The notes: generated by a model not told the origin, from the sequence alone. A DNA stretch of 64,000 nt from a virus (IMGVR_UViG_2930438282_000001:17042-81041), one strand, 5' to 3'; shown: positions 7,725 through 17,820, numbered from the stretch's first letter. Translations and numbers: made by a program.

Positions 7725-9173
7725 TCAGACGAACCAGGCTGCGAAGTTGGCCATAGACACGGCGGCGGCGTAGCAGCAGCGGCAGTACGGATGCGTCGGG
7801 AGCCGGGGCACGTCGAGCGTGTTCCAGGGGCTGCCGACTTCGTAGTCGGCGCAGATTGCGCAGACGCGGCCGTCGCCTGCGGTGATGACGTCGATCTGTC
7901 GGACGCCCTCGGCGCGGTAGAGACGCAGGGCGCCGTCGTCGGCGGCGGTGGTCATGGCCCAGTCGACGGTGAACGCGACCGCTTCGACGTCGGTGCTACC
8001 CAGGACGTCCATTGCGGCTTCGATCATCTCTTCGCGGGACGCACCTTCCTCAGCGGCCTCTGCGAGGGCCCTCCCGAGATCGGCGGTGGCCCGGTCGAGC
8101 ATGCGACCGAGCCAGCCGTCGGCGTTGCCCCACAGCTCGTCGAGGCGCGCGAGGGACTCGTAGGCGTCTTTGAATGCGATGTTCCAATCGAGGCCGACGA
8201 CGCTCGCGCGTTCGGCTGCGATCGCGACTGCGTTGACCATGCCCTCGGCGTTGCCTGCGGCGATGGCGTTCCGGATCGCGGTGCGTACGGCGGTCCAGCC
8301 GGTGAGGTCGGCGAGTGCGTGGAGCATGGCCCGGGCGGCGGCGAGGGCTTCGGTGAGGAAGTCTCGGGCGGCTTCGGAGAGTCCGGCGTGGCTGCGGAAA
8401 CGGTCGACCATGTCCGCGACCGCGGCCCGGTCGATGAGAGGCCGCCACGCTTCGGCGACGAGCCGGGTGTGCTCTGCCTGCTTCTCTTCGCGACGCTGGA
8501 AGAGGAGCGCCCACATGCCTTCGAGCTTCCCGAGGTCGATGGTGACTTCGAGAATGTGCGGGTCGTCGGCGCACTCGATGGCCGTGTGCATGGCCGCGGT
8601 GCTTGCCGCCTTCACCCGCTCGGTCATCGGACCGCCGGACAGCGCCCAACCGGCAGCGAACGCCTCTCGGGCTGGTGCGGCCATCGGGTGCTCGAGCGGG
8701 GTATCGGTGCGCTCGGTGCCGTGCACGGCGGACAGGGCGGTGAATTCGACGGATTGGCCGTCGAGTCGATCGAGCGGTGATGGCTCGTCCGGGTCAAGGT
8801 AGGTGATGGTGCAGTGCGCGGTGAAGCCGTGGTCGCGGGGCGGTTGAATGCCTCGCGCGTGTAGGGCGTCGAGAGTGTCCCTGCGTAGGTCCTCCAGGTC
8901 AGCGGAGTCGACGAGGGCAACGATGACGTCCTTCTCGCCCCCGGTGAACCGGGCGTGGCCAGCGATATGCGCGGTGATCGGCTGCCGTTCGGCGAGCTCG
9001 GCGACGACCTCTCGAATGGCGTCGCCATCGATGTCAGCCGCGTCCCCGCAGTAGGCGACGGTGACGTGCAGCTCGTCGGCCGGTAGTCCGTCCTTCACTG
9101 CCAGCGCTGCCGCCACGTCGGGGGGCGGGTAGAGGGCGATCATGCAGCCGTCGGAATAGTCCGGGGATGCCAT
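7725..9173 (-). CDS. 2H-phosphoesterase fused to MuF-like (gp7) head morphogenesis protein
   Basis: Two HxT motifs (LHVTVAY, AHCTITY); C-term DGRVCAIC...PTHPYCRC MuF signature; between portal and protease. Confidence 0.85.
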   Translation of the reverse strand: MASPDYSDGCMIALYPPPDVAAALAVKDGLPADELHVTVAYCGDAADIDGDAIREVVAELAERQPITAHIAGHARFTGGEKDVIVALVDSADLEDLRRDTLDALHARGIQPPRDHGFTAHCTITYLDPDEPSPLDRLDGQSVEFTALSAVHGTERTDTPLEHPMAAPAREAFAAGWALSGGPMTERVKAASTAAMHTAIECADDPHILEVTIDLGKLEGMWALLFQRREEKQAEHTRLVAEAWRPLIDRAAVADMVDRFRSHAGLSEAARDFLTEALAAARAMLHALADLTGWTAVRTAIRNAIAAGNAEGMVNAVAIAAERASVVGLDWNIAFKDAYESLARLDELWGNADGWLGRMLDRATADLGRALAEAAEEGASREEMIEAAMDVLGSTDVEAVAFTVDWAMTTAADDGALRLYRAEGVRQIDVITAGDGRVCAICADYEVGSPWNTLDVPRLPTHPYCRCCYAAAVSMANFAAWFV

Positions 9174-9189
9174 GCTCACCGCCTGTCGT

Positions 9190-9297
9190 TCAGCCGACGC
9201 GCTTCTTGATGAGCGCGCCCACGTCCTTGGCCCGCAGTGGATGGTTCGGCGGGTCCGGCAGCGGCCACACAGGGCCTGGTTCAGGCGGCGCGCTCAT
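9190..9297 (-). CDS. 35-aa hypothetical protein
   Basis: Strong RBS CAGGAGG before ATG 9297, overlaps portal end. Confidence 0.5.
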   Translation of the reverse strand: MSAPPEPGPVWPLPDPPNHPLRAKDVGALIKKRVG

Positions 9298-10867
9298 CGA
9301 TACCTCCTGGTAGCGCGGCGAGGGCTTCCCGGAGACGTCGCCGGTACAGAGCGCGTGCCGTTTCCTGCTGCGGCTCTTCCGGCTGCTCGTCGTCGTCCGG
9401 CTCGGCGCCTTCCGGCCCGGGCGGCTGCTTACCGCCTGCGAACGCCTGAAGCTGGGGTGGGACGGGGGCCGGTTCAGGTTTCTCCACGCCGATCGGTTCG
9501 CCGTGGACCGGGTCGGCCGGCGAAAGGTCGGTGCCCTTGAGCTTCGATGCGATGTTGGCCTTGGACGCGGCGTCCATGTCGGACCACTTGACCAAGTTCT
9601 CGCGGTCGACGAGGACGGCCTGGTCGCCACCGTCAACAGACGGTTCGCCGATGTCGGCGCGGTAGCGGTTGAGACTCCAGGAGCCGTTGCGGAGGCGCTG
9701 GTCGCGGATGTCTTCGACGGTCTTGGAGTCCCGCATGTCGATGTCGCGGAACTTCAGCTTCCAGCCCTCGACACCGAATCCGATCTTGGCAAGGGCGAAG
9801 TTCAACGCTTCGAGGACCAGTTCCGCGATGGGCTGGCAAGTGTTGATCATGAAGGTGCGGTCCTGCGCCTCACCCGTGCCACCACCGAGGTTCCCCGACT
9901 CGATGATCCCGACCTTCGCCGGCGGGACACCGTACGAGGCGATGATCTCGTCCCGCTTCTGGTCCAGGAACTTCAGATAGTCCATGGTCCGGGACTGCGC
10001 CAGCTCCGAGACCTTGGCCCCGCCCTTGGTGTTGATCGGATTGCCGATGTTGCGCGGACCCACGTTCCGCTGCTGGTACTGCGCGTTCCACCGGTTGATC
10101 TCCGCAGCCGTCGCGCTCGACGGATGATCCACCCACAGCTGCGGCGGCGCACCCTTACGGAAGATCTCCTTGCTGGTGGCGGCGGCGAACAGCCAGGCCG
10201 TGATCGGCAGGAGCGCAGCCTGTGTCGGGCTGACACCGAACACGCTCGAGCGCGGCGAATCGAGCGAGATATGGATGACCTCGCGCGACTCGAACGTGGC
10301 CCGCTGGCCCATCTCCGTCAGCTGCACGTACGAGGTCACGTTGCCGTGCTCGTCAGCGATCGGCAGCATGCTCGGGCAGTCCAGGCTGTACAGGGCGACC
10401 GGCTGCTTCCCGATCCACACGACCTCGATGTACGCGTCGCCGAACACCAGCAGATCGACGATCACGCCGCGCAAGATCTGCCGGATGTTTTCCCGCGGGT
10501 TGCAGAAGGCGAGCATTCCCTCGAGGAGTTGGACCTCGGCCGGCTTGTCCGGGGCTTCCTCGTCGCCCTCGCCGTCGTCGTTGTCCCAGTCGGTGACGAG
10601 ACCGCCGGCGGTGATGGTGCGGGCGATCGCGTTGACGGACGCCCACGCCCAGGGGCACGCCAGGTAGGCCTGGTACAGCTGGTCCAGCATTGTGCGGCGG
10701 TCGGTCTGCGTCGCCGCGCCGCCGCCCTGGTTGGTCTCGGTCAGACCGCCCGGGCCGATGCCGTACTCGAAGCCGGATCGCTCCGGAAGCTGCTTCCGCT
10801 CGGCCGACGCGGTCTCCAGGACTTCCGGCTCTGCCTGCCTGTTCCTCCACCAACTCCTCAGCCCCAC
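9281..10867 (-). CDS. Portal protein (HK97 family)
   Basis: 528 aa; DLLVFGDAY, EVIHI, FGVSP, IIASYGVPP motifs. Confidence 0.93.
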   Translation of the reverse strand: MGLRSWWRNRQAEPEVLETASAERKQLPERSGFEYGIGPGGLTETNQGGGAATQTDRRTMLDQLYQAYLACPWAWASVNAIARTITAGGLVTDWDNDDGEGDEEAPDKPAEVQLLEGMLAFCNPRENIRQILRGVIVDLLVFGDAYIEVVWIGKQPVALYSLDCPSMLPIADEHGNVTSYVQLTEMGQRATFESREVIHISLDSPRSSVFGVSPTQAALLPITAWLFAAATSKEIFRKGAPPQLWVDHPSSATAAEINRWNAQYQQRNVGPRNIGNPINTKGGAKVSELAQSRTMDYLKFLDQKRDEIIASYGVPPAKVGIIESGNLGGGTGEAQDRTFMINTCQPIAELVLEALNFALAKIGFGVEGWKLKFRDIDMRDSKTVEDIRDQRLRNGSWSLNRYRADIGEPSVDGGDQAVLVDRENLVKWSDMDAASKANIASKLKGTDLSPADPVHGEPIGVEKPEPAPVPPQLQAFAGGKQPPGPEGAEPDDDEQPEEPQQETARALYRRRLREALAALPGGIDERAA

Positions 10868-12396
10868 GGGGATTCCACCGTCCTCCCCGCACGCGGCGCA
10901 TCGTCGTCGTCATCGGACCACCAGGCGTCGTCGCCCGGTGCAGGGTCGGCCGGCCGGTAGGCCATCGTCTGCCCCAGCGGCTGGAGCGCCTCCGCGATCG
11001 GCTCGGCCGGCGCCTCGTCGAGGATGACCATCTCCGGGCCCGATCCGAGGTTGGTGAGGAGGTAGCGCAGGCCGTCGGCCGCGTGGTCGTCGGCGGTGGT
11101 GTCCGCGTCCTCGGGGTCGCCCTTGGTGGCGTGCGGCAGGTCTGTCAGTTCGCGGTACAGCTCGGTGACGGTCTCGAAGAGGTGGATCATCGGGCAGGTT
11201 TTCCAGCCCTGCGCCCGGTGGTGCGGGCACGCCGGGCCCTCTTTGAGGTACGAGCGGACGCGCTGCCAGCCGGTCACTCGGGAGCCGGCGCCCTTCCCGG
11301 CCTGGGTGAGGTGAACGTTGTTTTCGGCGTAGATGTCGGCGATGGCCTTGGCGTCGCCGCGGGTGGCCCACATCGCGTCGTCCGCGAACCGGACCGCGAC
11401 GTGCTCGCCTTCGGACTCCGCTGCGAGGATCTGCTTCGCCTGGTCGGCCTCGCCGACCTGCGTCTTGTAGATCTCCCGGTAGACCCAGACACGGCCGTCT
11501 TCGTCGACTGCCGCCCACAGGACGGCCCAGGGCTTGGTGAAACCCCAGTCGAGCCCGTTGTACCGCTTCCACGAGGCGGGCAGCGTGATCGGCTGGACGA
11601 CATGCCGGTCCCGCTTCAGCTCGGGGAACATCTGGCCCTGGAACACGTCCCAGTCACCGTCCAGGAAAGCGCTGCGGAGCTTGCCGTCGAGGGCCTGAAG
11701 GTCTTGGGCGTACTCCGGGTTGACGTGCGGGTTGTCGGACAGCTTGGACGGGATGAAGCGGACCGTCCGGCCGCGCACGTCCCGGATGACTTTCTGGCCG
11801 TAGTTCGTCGGCTTGATATACCTCGACTTCACGGCGCCGTGACCCGCACCACCTGGGTTGGTACCTGACCGGATCCCCAGCACGGGAATGTCCCGGCGCC
11901 CGGACCGAAGCCGGGACTCCAGGAAGCTGACGACGTCCGGAGGCGTCAACGTCCGCTCGTCGAACAGGAGCTTCTGGTACTGGCCACCCTGCCGGCGGGT
12001 GGCTTCCTGGATCGTCTTCGCGTACCGGAACATGATCAGCGATTCGTTCGCGAACCGCAGCTCGTACTCCGTGCCATTCCAGGAAGCGCCCAGTGCCTTG
12101 GCGAAGCCGACTTGCGCCAGTTCGGCGATCAGCGACTCCTTGAGCTCCGGGTACGAGCGCCGGAACGCCCCCACTCGTAGCCCGGGATATTGGTCGCAGT
12201 CCCGGATGGCGTCCATGAGGAGCGCCTTCGTCTTACCGCCGCCGGCCGCGCCGCCGTACAGAACGTCGAACTCTGTCGCAGCGTGGAACTCCAGCTGCTT
12301 CGGGGTCGGCACGTAGTTGAGCAGCCCGAACACGTCGCGAGGCTCGAACGCCCGGGCCGCGTGCTCGGCCCAGTCCAGCGTGGCGGTCACCGGCAC
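10858..12396 (-). CDS. terL: Terminase large subunit
   Basis: Walker A YGGAAGGGKT, Walker B LLFDE, TNPGG, DNPH, nuclease GLDWG and DDHAADGLRY. Confidence 0.95.
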   Translation of the reverse strand: MPVTATLDWAEHAARAFEPRDVFGLLNYVPTPKQLEFHAATEFDVLYGGAAGGGKTKALLMDAIRDCDQYPGLRVGAFRRSYPELKESLIAELAQVGFAKALGASWNGTEYELRFANESLIMFRYAKTIQEATRRQGGQYQKLLFDERTLTPPDVVSFLESRLRSGRRDIPVLGIRSGTNPGGAGHGAVKSRYIKPTNYGQKVIRDVRGRTVRFIPSKLSDNPHVNPEYAQDLQALDGKLRSAFLDGDWDVFQGQMFPELKRDRHVVQPITLPASWKRYNGLDWGFTKPWAVLWAAVDEDGRVWVYREIYKTQVGEADQAKQILAAESEGEHVAVRFADDAMWATRGDAKAIADIYAENNVHLTQAGKGAGSRVTGWQRVRSYLKEGPACPHHRAQGWKTCPMIHLFETVTELYRELTDLPHATKGDPEDADTTADDHAADGLRYLLTNLGSGPEMVILDEAPAEPIAEALQPLGQTMAYRPADPAPGDDAWWSDDDDDAPRAGRTVESPWG

Positions 12397-12408
12397 CGCC
12401 CCTCACGA

Positions 12409-13086
12409 TCAGGCTCCGGCAAGCGACCTCAGGTGACGCGGGACGACCTCAGGCACGCGGGCCTGCTGCTCAGGGGTGAGCTGCAGGTCGCCGAGGATCG
12501 CGCGGATCGCCTGCGCCACCAGAGCGCCCTGCTGCTCGGCAAGCTGGATGCGACGCTCCTCGATGCCCGCCTTGATGGCAGCCGAGCACACCTTCACCAG
12601 GTGGTCGCGTTCCTGCTGGTAGAGGCGGAGCCAGACGCTCGGGACGGCTTCCTCGGTTGTGCCGTAGTCCTCGCCGCCGCTCTTTTCCTTTGTGACGCCC
12701 CAGACCAGCGGATGCTCCCGGTCCGTGCCCTCGACCCGGGCGTCGGACTCGATCTCCTGCACCCGCTCGCGCAGCCACGCGACGTGGCCGGCTGTCCACT
12801 GGACCTCTTCGAGGAGTGCTTCAGTGGCTGTGGTGTCGATGCGTCGGCCGTACGTTTCGACGAGTGCGCGCGCCCTGGTCTCGGTCATGCGTTCCTTCGC
12901 CTTCGCGAGGTTCTGGGGGGCTTTCCCGCCGTGGACCTGGCAGATGTTCTGCCCCTGCATCGCGGGATTGGGGCACTGCTTGGTGCCGCCGGACTTCTTC
13001 GTGCGGGCCCAGCAGCGGCGTACGCCGTTCTTCCGGAACTCTTCGAAGCCTTCCGGCAGCTCCCGCTTGTGGCCGCGGCTGCCCAC
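12409..13086 (-). CDS. terS: Terminase small subunit-like protein
   Basis: C..TKK..C..PA..CQVHGG zinc motif, directly upstream of TerL. Confidence 0.7.
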   Translation of the reverse strand: MGSRGHKRELPEGFEEFRKNGVRRCWARTKKSGGTKQCPNPAMQGQNICQVHGGKAPQNLAKAKERMTETRARALVETYGRRIDTTATEALLEEVQWTAGHVAWLRERVQEIESDARVEGTDREHPLVWGVTKEKSGGEDYGTTEEAVPSVWLRLYQQERDHLVKVCSAAIKAGIEERRIQLAEQQGALVAQAIRAILGDLQLTPEQQARVPEVVPRHLRSLAGA

Positions 13087-13138
13087 TACTCGGCTCCGGG
13101 CTGGGGTGGCGGGGTGAGGGTGTCCACGCCGGTCTCCT

Positions 13139-13459
13139 TCAGGTGATGGCGAGCCAGCCGATTTGCACGACGGGCTGCTCGGGGCTGTCGGTGATACGCA
13201 GCCACGTCATGTATCTGCCGGGCTCAAGGGACGGTCCCGGGCTGCCGGGACCGATGAGGATCTGTGCCCGGTACGAGCTGATGGCCGTGCTCGGCTCGGT
13301 GGACTCCCAACCGCCCGGATACCAGTCGGTGGGCCGGGCGCTGCCGCTGGTGAATGCGAACTCGACCAGGTCGTTGGTGGGGTTGTAGGGCTGGCCCTGC
13401 ACGGTGGCGGATACCTCGGCGCCGACGTACTCGCGGGAGTCGCGGTCGATCTCCTGCAT
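13139..13459 (-). CDS. Small beta-rich virion-like protein
   Basis: 106 aa, GRYMTWLRITDSPEQPV Ig-like motif; follows the repeat protein. Confidence 0.65.
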   Translation of the reverse strand: MQEIDRDSREYVGAEVSATVQGQPYNPTNDLVEFAFTSGSARPTDWYPGGWESTEPSTAISSYRAQILIGPGSPGPSLEPGRYMTWLRITDSPEQPVVQIGWLAIT

Positions 13460-13468
13460 CCCGCCCCC

Positions 13469-16117
13469 TTATTCGTCGATACGCCAGCGGGATCGGGTCA
13501 GCCACGACCGCCACCCGCGCGCCCGTTCCTCTGCTTGCCAGCGGCCGGGAGCCTGCTCGGCACTCCACCGTGCGGCGCCCTGCTGGGTGGTCCAGCGGCC
13601 GAACGGACCGCGCACGGTGACGACGAGCGCGCGGAGGTTCGAACGGACCGCCGTTGCCGCCGCCGTCACAGATGTGATGGCTTGCAGGGCAAGCTCGTAG
13701 AGGCGGCCGGAGCGGATGCTGGCCGCGACTGGGACGAGCGCCTGGTACGCGCTCAGTGTCGTGCGGCGGATCGTACGGGCGGCGGTCGTCAGGACCGCTT
13801 GCCGAGTCAGGCTGATGCGTCGTCGAGCACTCGCCGCGGTAGTAAGGCCGGCTTCGAGGGCCAGGCGCACGGCGCCCCGCACGCTCGCCACCGCGGCCGT
13901 GCTGGCGACCGCGGCGAGGGCCTGCTCGAGGAGCCGTTCCGCCCGGCTGGCGGTGGCCACGGTAGCGGTGCGGGCGAGGCTCGCGGTACGGGCGATCCGG
14001 GCCGCCGCGGTGGTGGCGGTGGCCAGGTTGAGCCTTGGCGTGCGGGTCAGCGCAGCGCCCAGGGCTGCGGCGGCCGTGACGGCGATCCCTGCGGCTCTGC
14101 GCGCCGCCGCCGCGGTGGTGAGGGCGGCGGCCTGGGTCAAGGCCGTCGCGCGCTGTACGGCGGCGTCGGCGGCCACGGTGGCGGCCGCAAGTAGGCCGGT
14201 GGCCCGTGCGGTCTGCGCCTTTAGGAGCAGGATCGCGGACGCGGCCAGGTCGGCGGTCCGGCGCGCGGCGGCCGTGGTGAGCGCGGTGGCCGCGGCGCTG
14301 AGCTGCGTGGCGCGGGTGATGGTGGCGGTGGTGGCGACTTGCGCGGCGAGGATGATGCCGTGCGCGATCTGGCTGATGCTCACCGCGGCGGTCGTGGTGA
14401 CGGTTGCGGCGAGCGTCCGCGTAAATGCCTGCCCACGCTCGAGGCCCGTAGCGAGAGTCGTCGTCACCGACCGGGCAAGCGACGCGAGCCGCTGCACGTA
14501 GGCGCTCGTCGTAGTGCTGGTCCCGCGCGTGATGTGGACGGCCCGCCGGACGGTGTCGGGCAGGCTGACAGTGGCGGAGAGGACGGTCGAGAGCATCCGC
14601 GCGACGGTCGCCGCGGTGGTCGTCGTACACGCACGGGCGAGCCCTGCCGTACGTCGGCACGCCGCGGTGGTGCCCACTAGAGCTGACCGGCCAAGCGTCA
14701 CCCGCCGGCTCATGCCTGGGCCAGCGGTGACAGCGGCTGCTCGAGCGAGGAGCGCATTGCGCGCAGCGGCGCCCGAAGTGGTCACGCTGGCGGCCCGGGC
14801 GAGAGCTGCCACCCGAGCGCATCCCGCCGTCAGGAGCACGTTCGCCGAACGGGGCAGCCCGATCACCCGGGCCATCGCCGCCGCGGGACTGACCGTCGTC
14901 TGCAGGAGCAGGCTGGTCATGCGCCCCCACACCGCCGTACTGACGGTAGTGACGGACGCCTGCCGCAACAGGCCGGCTCGACGCTGCGCGGCCGGCCCGG
15001 TCACGCTGGTCGTGGTCAACGCGCCCAGGGTGGTGCGGCGTTGCGCCACCCTGGCGGCCGAGACTGCCACGGCCTGGGCGAGAAGTGCCGCCCGGCGTAC
15101 GGACGCGACCGTGCCGACGACGGCGGCGAGGACGGTGAGGAGGAGCAGGCGCCTGGCTGACGTCGCAGTCGTGACGGCCGCAGACCTGGGCAGAGCCGTC
15201 GCCCGGGCGACAACGGGTGCGTTCGTGGCCGTGGCCGCGCGAACCAGGGCGGCGGCCCGGGCCACGCCTGGTACGGACGTAGCCGTCGCCGCACGGGCGA
15301 GTGCGGCCCGCCGGCCGACTCCGGCCGTGAGAAACGCCACCGCGGCCCGGGCGGAAAGTGCGAGGAGGCGAACAGCGGCAGTTGCCGTCGTCACGGTGGC
15401 CGCACGGGCCAGCGCAGCCGACCGGCCCGTCATTGCGCTTGTAGTGGGTGTCGCAGCCGCGCTGATGTTGTAGACGGCCGGGCCGGACGCCGCCGTCAAC
15501 GCCACTGCGGTGCACATCAGGCCGCACGACACGGACGTCGTGGCGGTCGCGGCGGCGGTCGCCGCGATCTGGTCCACAGCACCGACGCCGACATTGAAAT
15601 TCGACGCGAATGACGAGACGAGATTGACGCGCGACGTCCACGGCGAACTGGGCATCGTCGCCGAGTACGTACCCGAGTTGACGGCGCCGTGGCACCAAAT
15701 CAGCACCGACATGTCCGTGCCTGCCGCGCCGGTCAGCGCGGGTGAGGCGAGGGACGTGCCGTTCGTCTTCGTGGTCCGTGTCGGGTGCAGGTGGACGGGC
15801 GTGCTGGTATTGACGCCGGTGTAGCGGACTATCGCTCCCGCCAGTTCCAGCGGGTTCAGCGAGGGGGTGATCGTGTAGCTGGCCGGTTCCGATGAGGCGA
15901 TCTTGTAATAGGTGAAGAGCCGTTCGCCGTCGGTGGTGTCGTTGAAGTTGTCCAGCACAGTCCAGCTGGAGAGGCCGGACAGGGTGATGCTGGCAGTGTC
16001 TGCGGAGAACGCAAGGATGAGCAGATCGCCGTTCGTTGTCCCTGACGGAACGTTGATCGTGAGGCTGCTCGCGTTCTGCGCGGTGTTCGTAGACGAGGAC
16101 CCGAACGCGATCGCCAC
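13469..16117 (-). CDS. 882-aa Ala/Thr-rich repeat (fibre-like) protein with N-terminal globular domain
   Basis: ~210-aa beta domain (INVPSGTTNGDLLIL) then many ~18-19-aa degenerate repeats; RBS GAGGGAG. Confidence 0.8.
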   Translation of the reverse strand: MAIAFGSSSTNTAQNASSLTINVPSGTTNGDLLILAFSADTASITLSGLSSWTVLDNFNDTTDGERLFTYYKIASSEPASYTITPSLNPLELAGAIVRYTGVNTSTPVHLHPTRTTKTNGTSLASPALTGAAGTDMSVLIWCHGAVNSGTYSATMPSSPWTSRVNLVSSFASNFNVGVGAVDQIAATAAATATTSVSCGLMCTAVALTAASGPAVYNISAAATPTTSAMTGRSAALARAATVTTATAAVRLLALSARAAVAFLTAGVGRRAALARAATATSVPGVARAAALVRAATATNAPVVARATALPRSAAVTTATSARRLLLLTVLAAVVGTVASVRRAALLAQAVAVSAARVAQRRTTLGALTTTSVTGPAAQRRAGLLRQASVTTVSTAVWGRMTSLLLQTTVSPAAAMARVIGLPRSANVLLTAGCARVAALARAASVTTSGAAARNALLARAAAVTAGPGMSRRVTLGRSALVGTTAACRRTAGLARACTTTTAATVARMLSTVLSATVSLPDTVRRAVHITRGTSTTTSAYVQRLASLARSVTTTLATGLERGQAFTRTLAATVTTTAAVSISQIAHGIILAAQVATTATITRATQLSAAATALTTAAARRTADLAASAILLLKAQTARATGLLAAATVAADAAVQRATALTQAAALTTAAAARRAAGIAVTAAAALGAALTRTPRLNLATATTAAARIARTASLARTATVATASRAERLLEQALAAVASTAAVASVRGAVRLALEAGLTTAASARRRISLTRQAVLTTAARTIRRTTLSAYQALVPVAASIRSGRLYELALQAITSVTAAATAVRSNLRALVVTVRGPFGRWTTQQGAARWSAEQAPGRWQAEERARGWRSWLTRSRWRIDE

Positions 16118-16147
16118 GAGCTGCTCCCTCCCTCGCGGGGGCGCTCG

Positions 16148-16792
16148 TTACTGGTACTTGACCGTGAGGGTGTAGCTCACCTGGTCGCCGGAGGCGAGCG
16201 CCTGCGCGCCGTGGTCGGCGTGGAAGAACAGCGACCCGTTGGTCACGTTGCTCACGCCGGGGATGTTCCCGCCGGTCACGGTGTCGCCGGAGGCGATGGT
16301 GGAGATCGCGGTGGAGCCGTTCTGCGCGCGGGTCACCGTCAATGTGTTCGTCGAAATGCTCGTGATCTTCAGGACCTCGGTGCGGACCTGGATGTACTGG
16401 TTGACGGAGAAGTTCGCGCCGTTCGCGACGACCAGGGTCGTCGCTGAGGTCGAGCCGATGACAGCGGAGCCGGCCTGGACCGAGTCGACGGCGGTGGGCT
16501 TGGACGCACTGTCGGACAGGGCGACCTCGGCGATCGACTGCGTGGAACCGGACGTGAAGGTCGCGGTCACCTGGTAGGTGTCGGACGGGGTGGTCGTCGT
16601 CACGACCGACGACGTACCAACCACCCGCGACTCAGACGCCTCCTTGAACAGGCCCACGTCAGACACAGCAGCGCTGAGACCGGCAGGGTTCTGGCCCCAC
16701 GCGGCGTTCAGGGGCTCGGCCTGCGTCGGCGTGCTGCCACGCATCCGGCCAGCGATGATCTCCCGCCCCTTGGCGGTCACGACAGCCCCCAT
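16148..16792 (-). CDS. Virion structural protein (fibre-base-like)
   Basis: 214 aa; VVTAKGREII..., SIAEVAL, TLTVTRAQNGS, ASGDQVSYTLTV. Confidence 0.7.
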   Translation of the reverse strand: MGAVVTAKGREIIAGRMRGSTPTQAEPLNAAWGQNPAGLSAAVSDVGLFKEASESRVVGTSSVVTTTTPSDTYQVTATFTSGSTQSIAEVALSDSASKPTAVDSVQAGSAVIGSTSATTLVVANGANFSVNQYIQVRTEVLKITSISTNTLTVTRAQNGSTAISTIASGDTVTGGNIPGVSNVTNGSLFFHADHGAQALASGDQVSYTLTVKYQ

Positions 16793-16804
16793 CAGGGCCT
16801 CCTC

Positions 16805-16912
16805 TTAGTACTGAGCGTTGACGACGCCCTGGTCCTCGACGGTGCCGTCCGCCCTGGTGACGACCATGCGAAGTTCAGCGGAGTGCGGCACGTCAGCGCG
16901 AGCCCGGCTCAT
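16805..16912 (-). CDS. 35-aa hypothetical protein
   Basis: RBS GAGAGG; MSRA...VVTRADGTVEDQGVV. Confidence 0.5.
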   Translation of the reverse strand: MSRARADVPHSAELRMVVTRADGTVEDQGVVNAQY

Positions 16913-16922
16913 GGCACCTCTC

Positions 16923-17024
16923 TCACATCTCGGCGTTCCGAAGCAGCCGCGCGGCGTTCCCCAGGGCGCCGTCGACAGTGAGGCTTTCAGCAGGAGCGGA
17001 CGTGGAATCGCCATCGGAAGCCAT
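16923..17024 (-). CDS. 33-aa hypothetical, possibly truncated
   Basis: RBS AGGAGG; MASDG...NAARLLRNAEM*. Confidence 0.35.
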   Translation of the reverse strand: MASDGDSTSAPAESLTVDGALGNAARLLRNAEM

Positions 17025-17033
17025 GCCGTCCTC

Positions 17034-17360
17034 CTACTCGGCGACGCGCTCGGGCCAGTGCCAGGTGCCGCCGGCGTACGCGGCTTCGCGCCAGCCGCAT
17101 GTGCAGTACCTGAAGGGATCGCCGTGCGAGATCGTGTTGGGACAGTCGGGGGTCCCGAGCTGCTCGGCGCCGTCGTCGTACTGGACAGCGCGGTTGAAGA
17201 ACATGCCGGTCGGGTTGAAGACAGCCAGCCCGACCTGGTTGGGGTGGTCGGGGTCGCCGCTGAGCTCGGTGATGATCGCGGCCCGGCACTCCGAGGCGTA
17301 CTCGCCTCCGGGGGTGCCGTAGCTGACGTAGTGGACGGTACGGCCGACGCTGGGCTTCAC
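17034..17360 (-). CDS. Conserved phage protein
   Basis: PSVGRTVHY...RAAIIT...GTWHWPER, a common phage family. Confidence 0.8.
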   Translation of the reverse strand: MKPSVGRTVHYVSYGTPGGEYASECRAAIITELSGDPDHPNQVGLAVFNPTGMFFNRAVQYDDGAEQLGTPDCPNTISHGDPFRYCTCGWREAAYAGGTWHWPERVAE

Positions 17361-17752
17361 AGGGGTGTCTCCTCGCTGGGCGCCGGACTCATGGGCCGGG
17401 CGTGGATCGGCTCGAACGCGATCAGTTCGGTGACCTGCTCAAGGCCCTCGCGTGACGGGTGCGGATCCCACGCCATCCCACCGTCGGCCCAGACGACGGC
17501 GTGCCGTACACCCCGCGGTGAGCGACCCCAGGCCATGCCGTAGGCCACGTACGCGTCAGGGTCACAGATGACCGCCTGGTAGCCGTGCTCCAGGCAGAAC
17601 GCGGCAAGCCGCTCCAGCCAGTCGTCGTGCTGAACGAAGTGCGGGACGTCCTCGATCGGCAGCTCCAGCAGCGAAGCGACTGCAGCCTGGAGGCAGTTGC
17701 CGAGGCGGCCGGACGGATCGCTGTGCAGGATCGTCTGCGTGACCGGCAGCAC
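17357..17752 (-). CDS. Phage protein, papain-like Cys/His/Asp motifs
   Basis: GNCLQAAVASLL...HAVV...DPHP. Confidence 0.7.
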   Translation of the reverse strand: MLPVTQTILHSDPSGRLGNCLQAAVASLLELPIEDVPHFVQHDDWLERLAAFCLEHGYQAVICDPDAYVAYGMAWGRSPRGVRHAVVWADGGMAWDPHPSREGLEQVTELIAFEPIHARPMSPAPSEETPL

Positions 17753-17820
17753 GACTTCTACCTCCGCCCGGTGGTGATCCGCTGCTGGCCGCGACCCTCA
17801 ACGCGGCCAGCAGCGGACGA

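Noticed and set aside
13224-15698. 824-aa alternative-frame ORF and other long overlapping or antisense ORFs across the window
   Set aside because: Arg/Pro/Gly-rich shadow frames expected in high-GC DNA; real genes show RBSs, coupling and motifs
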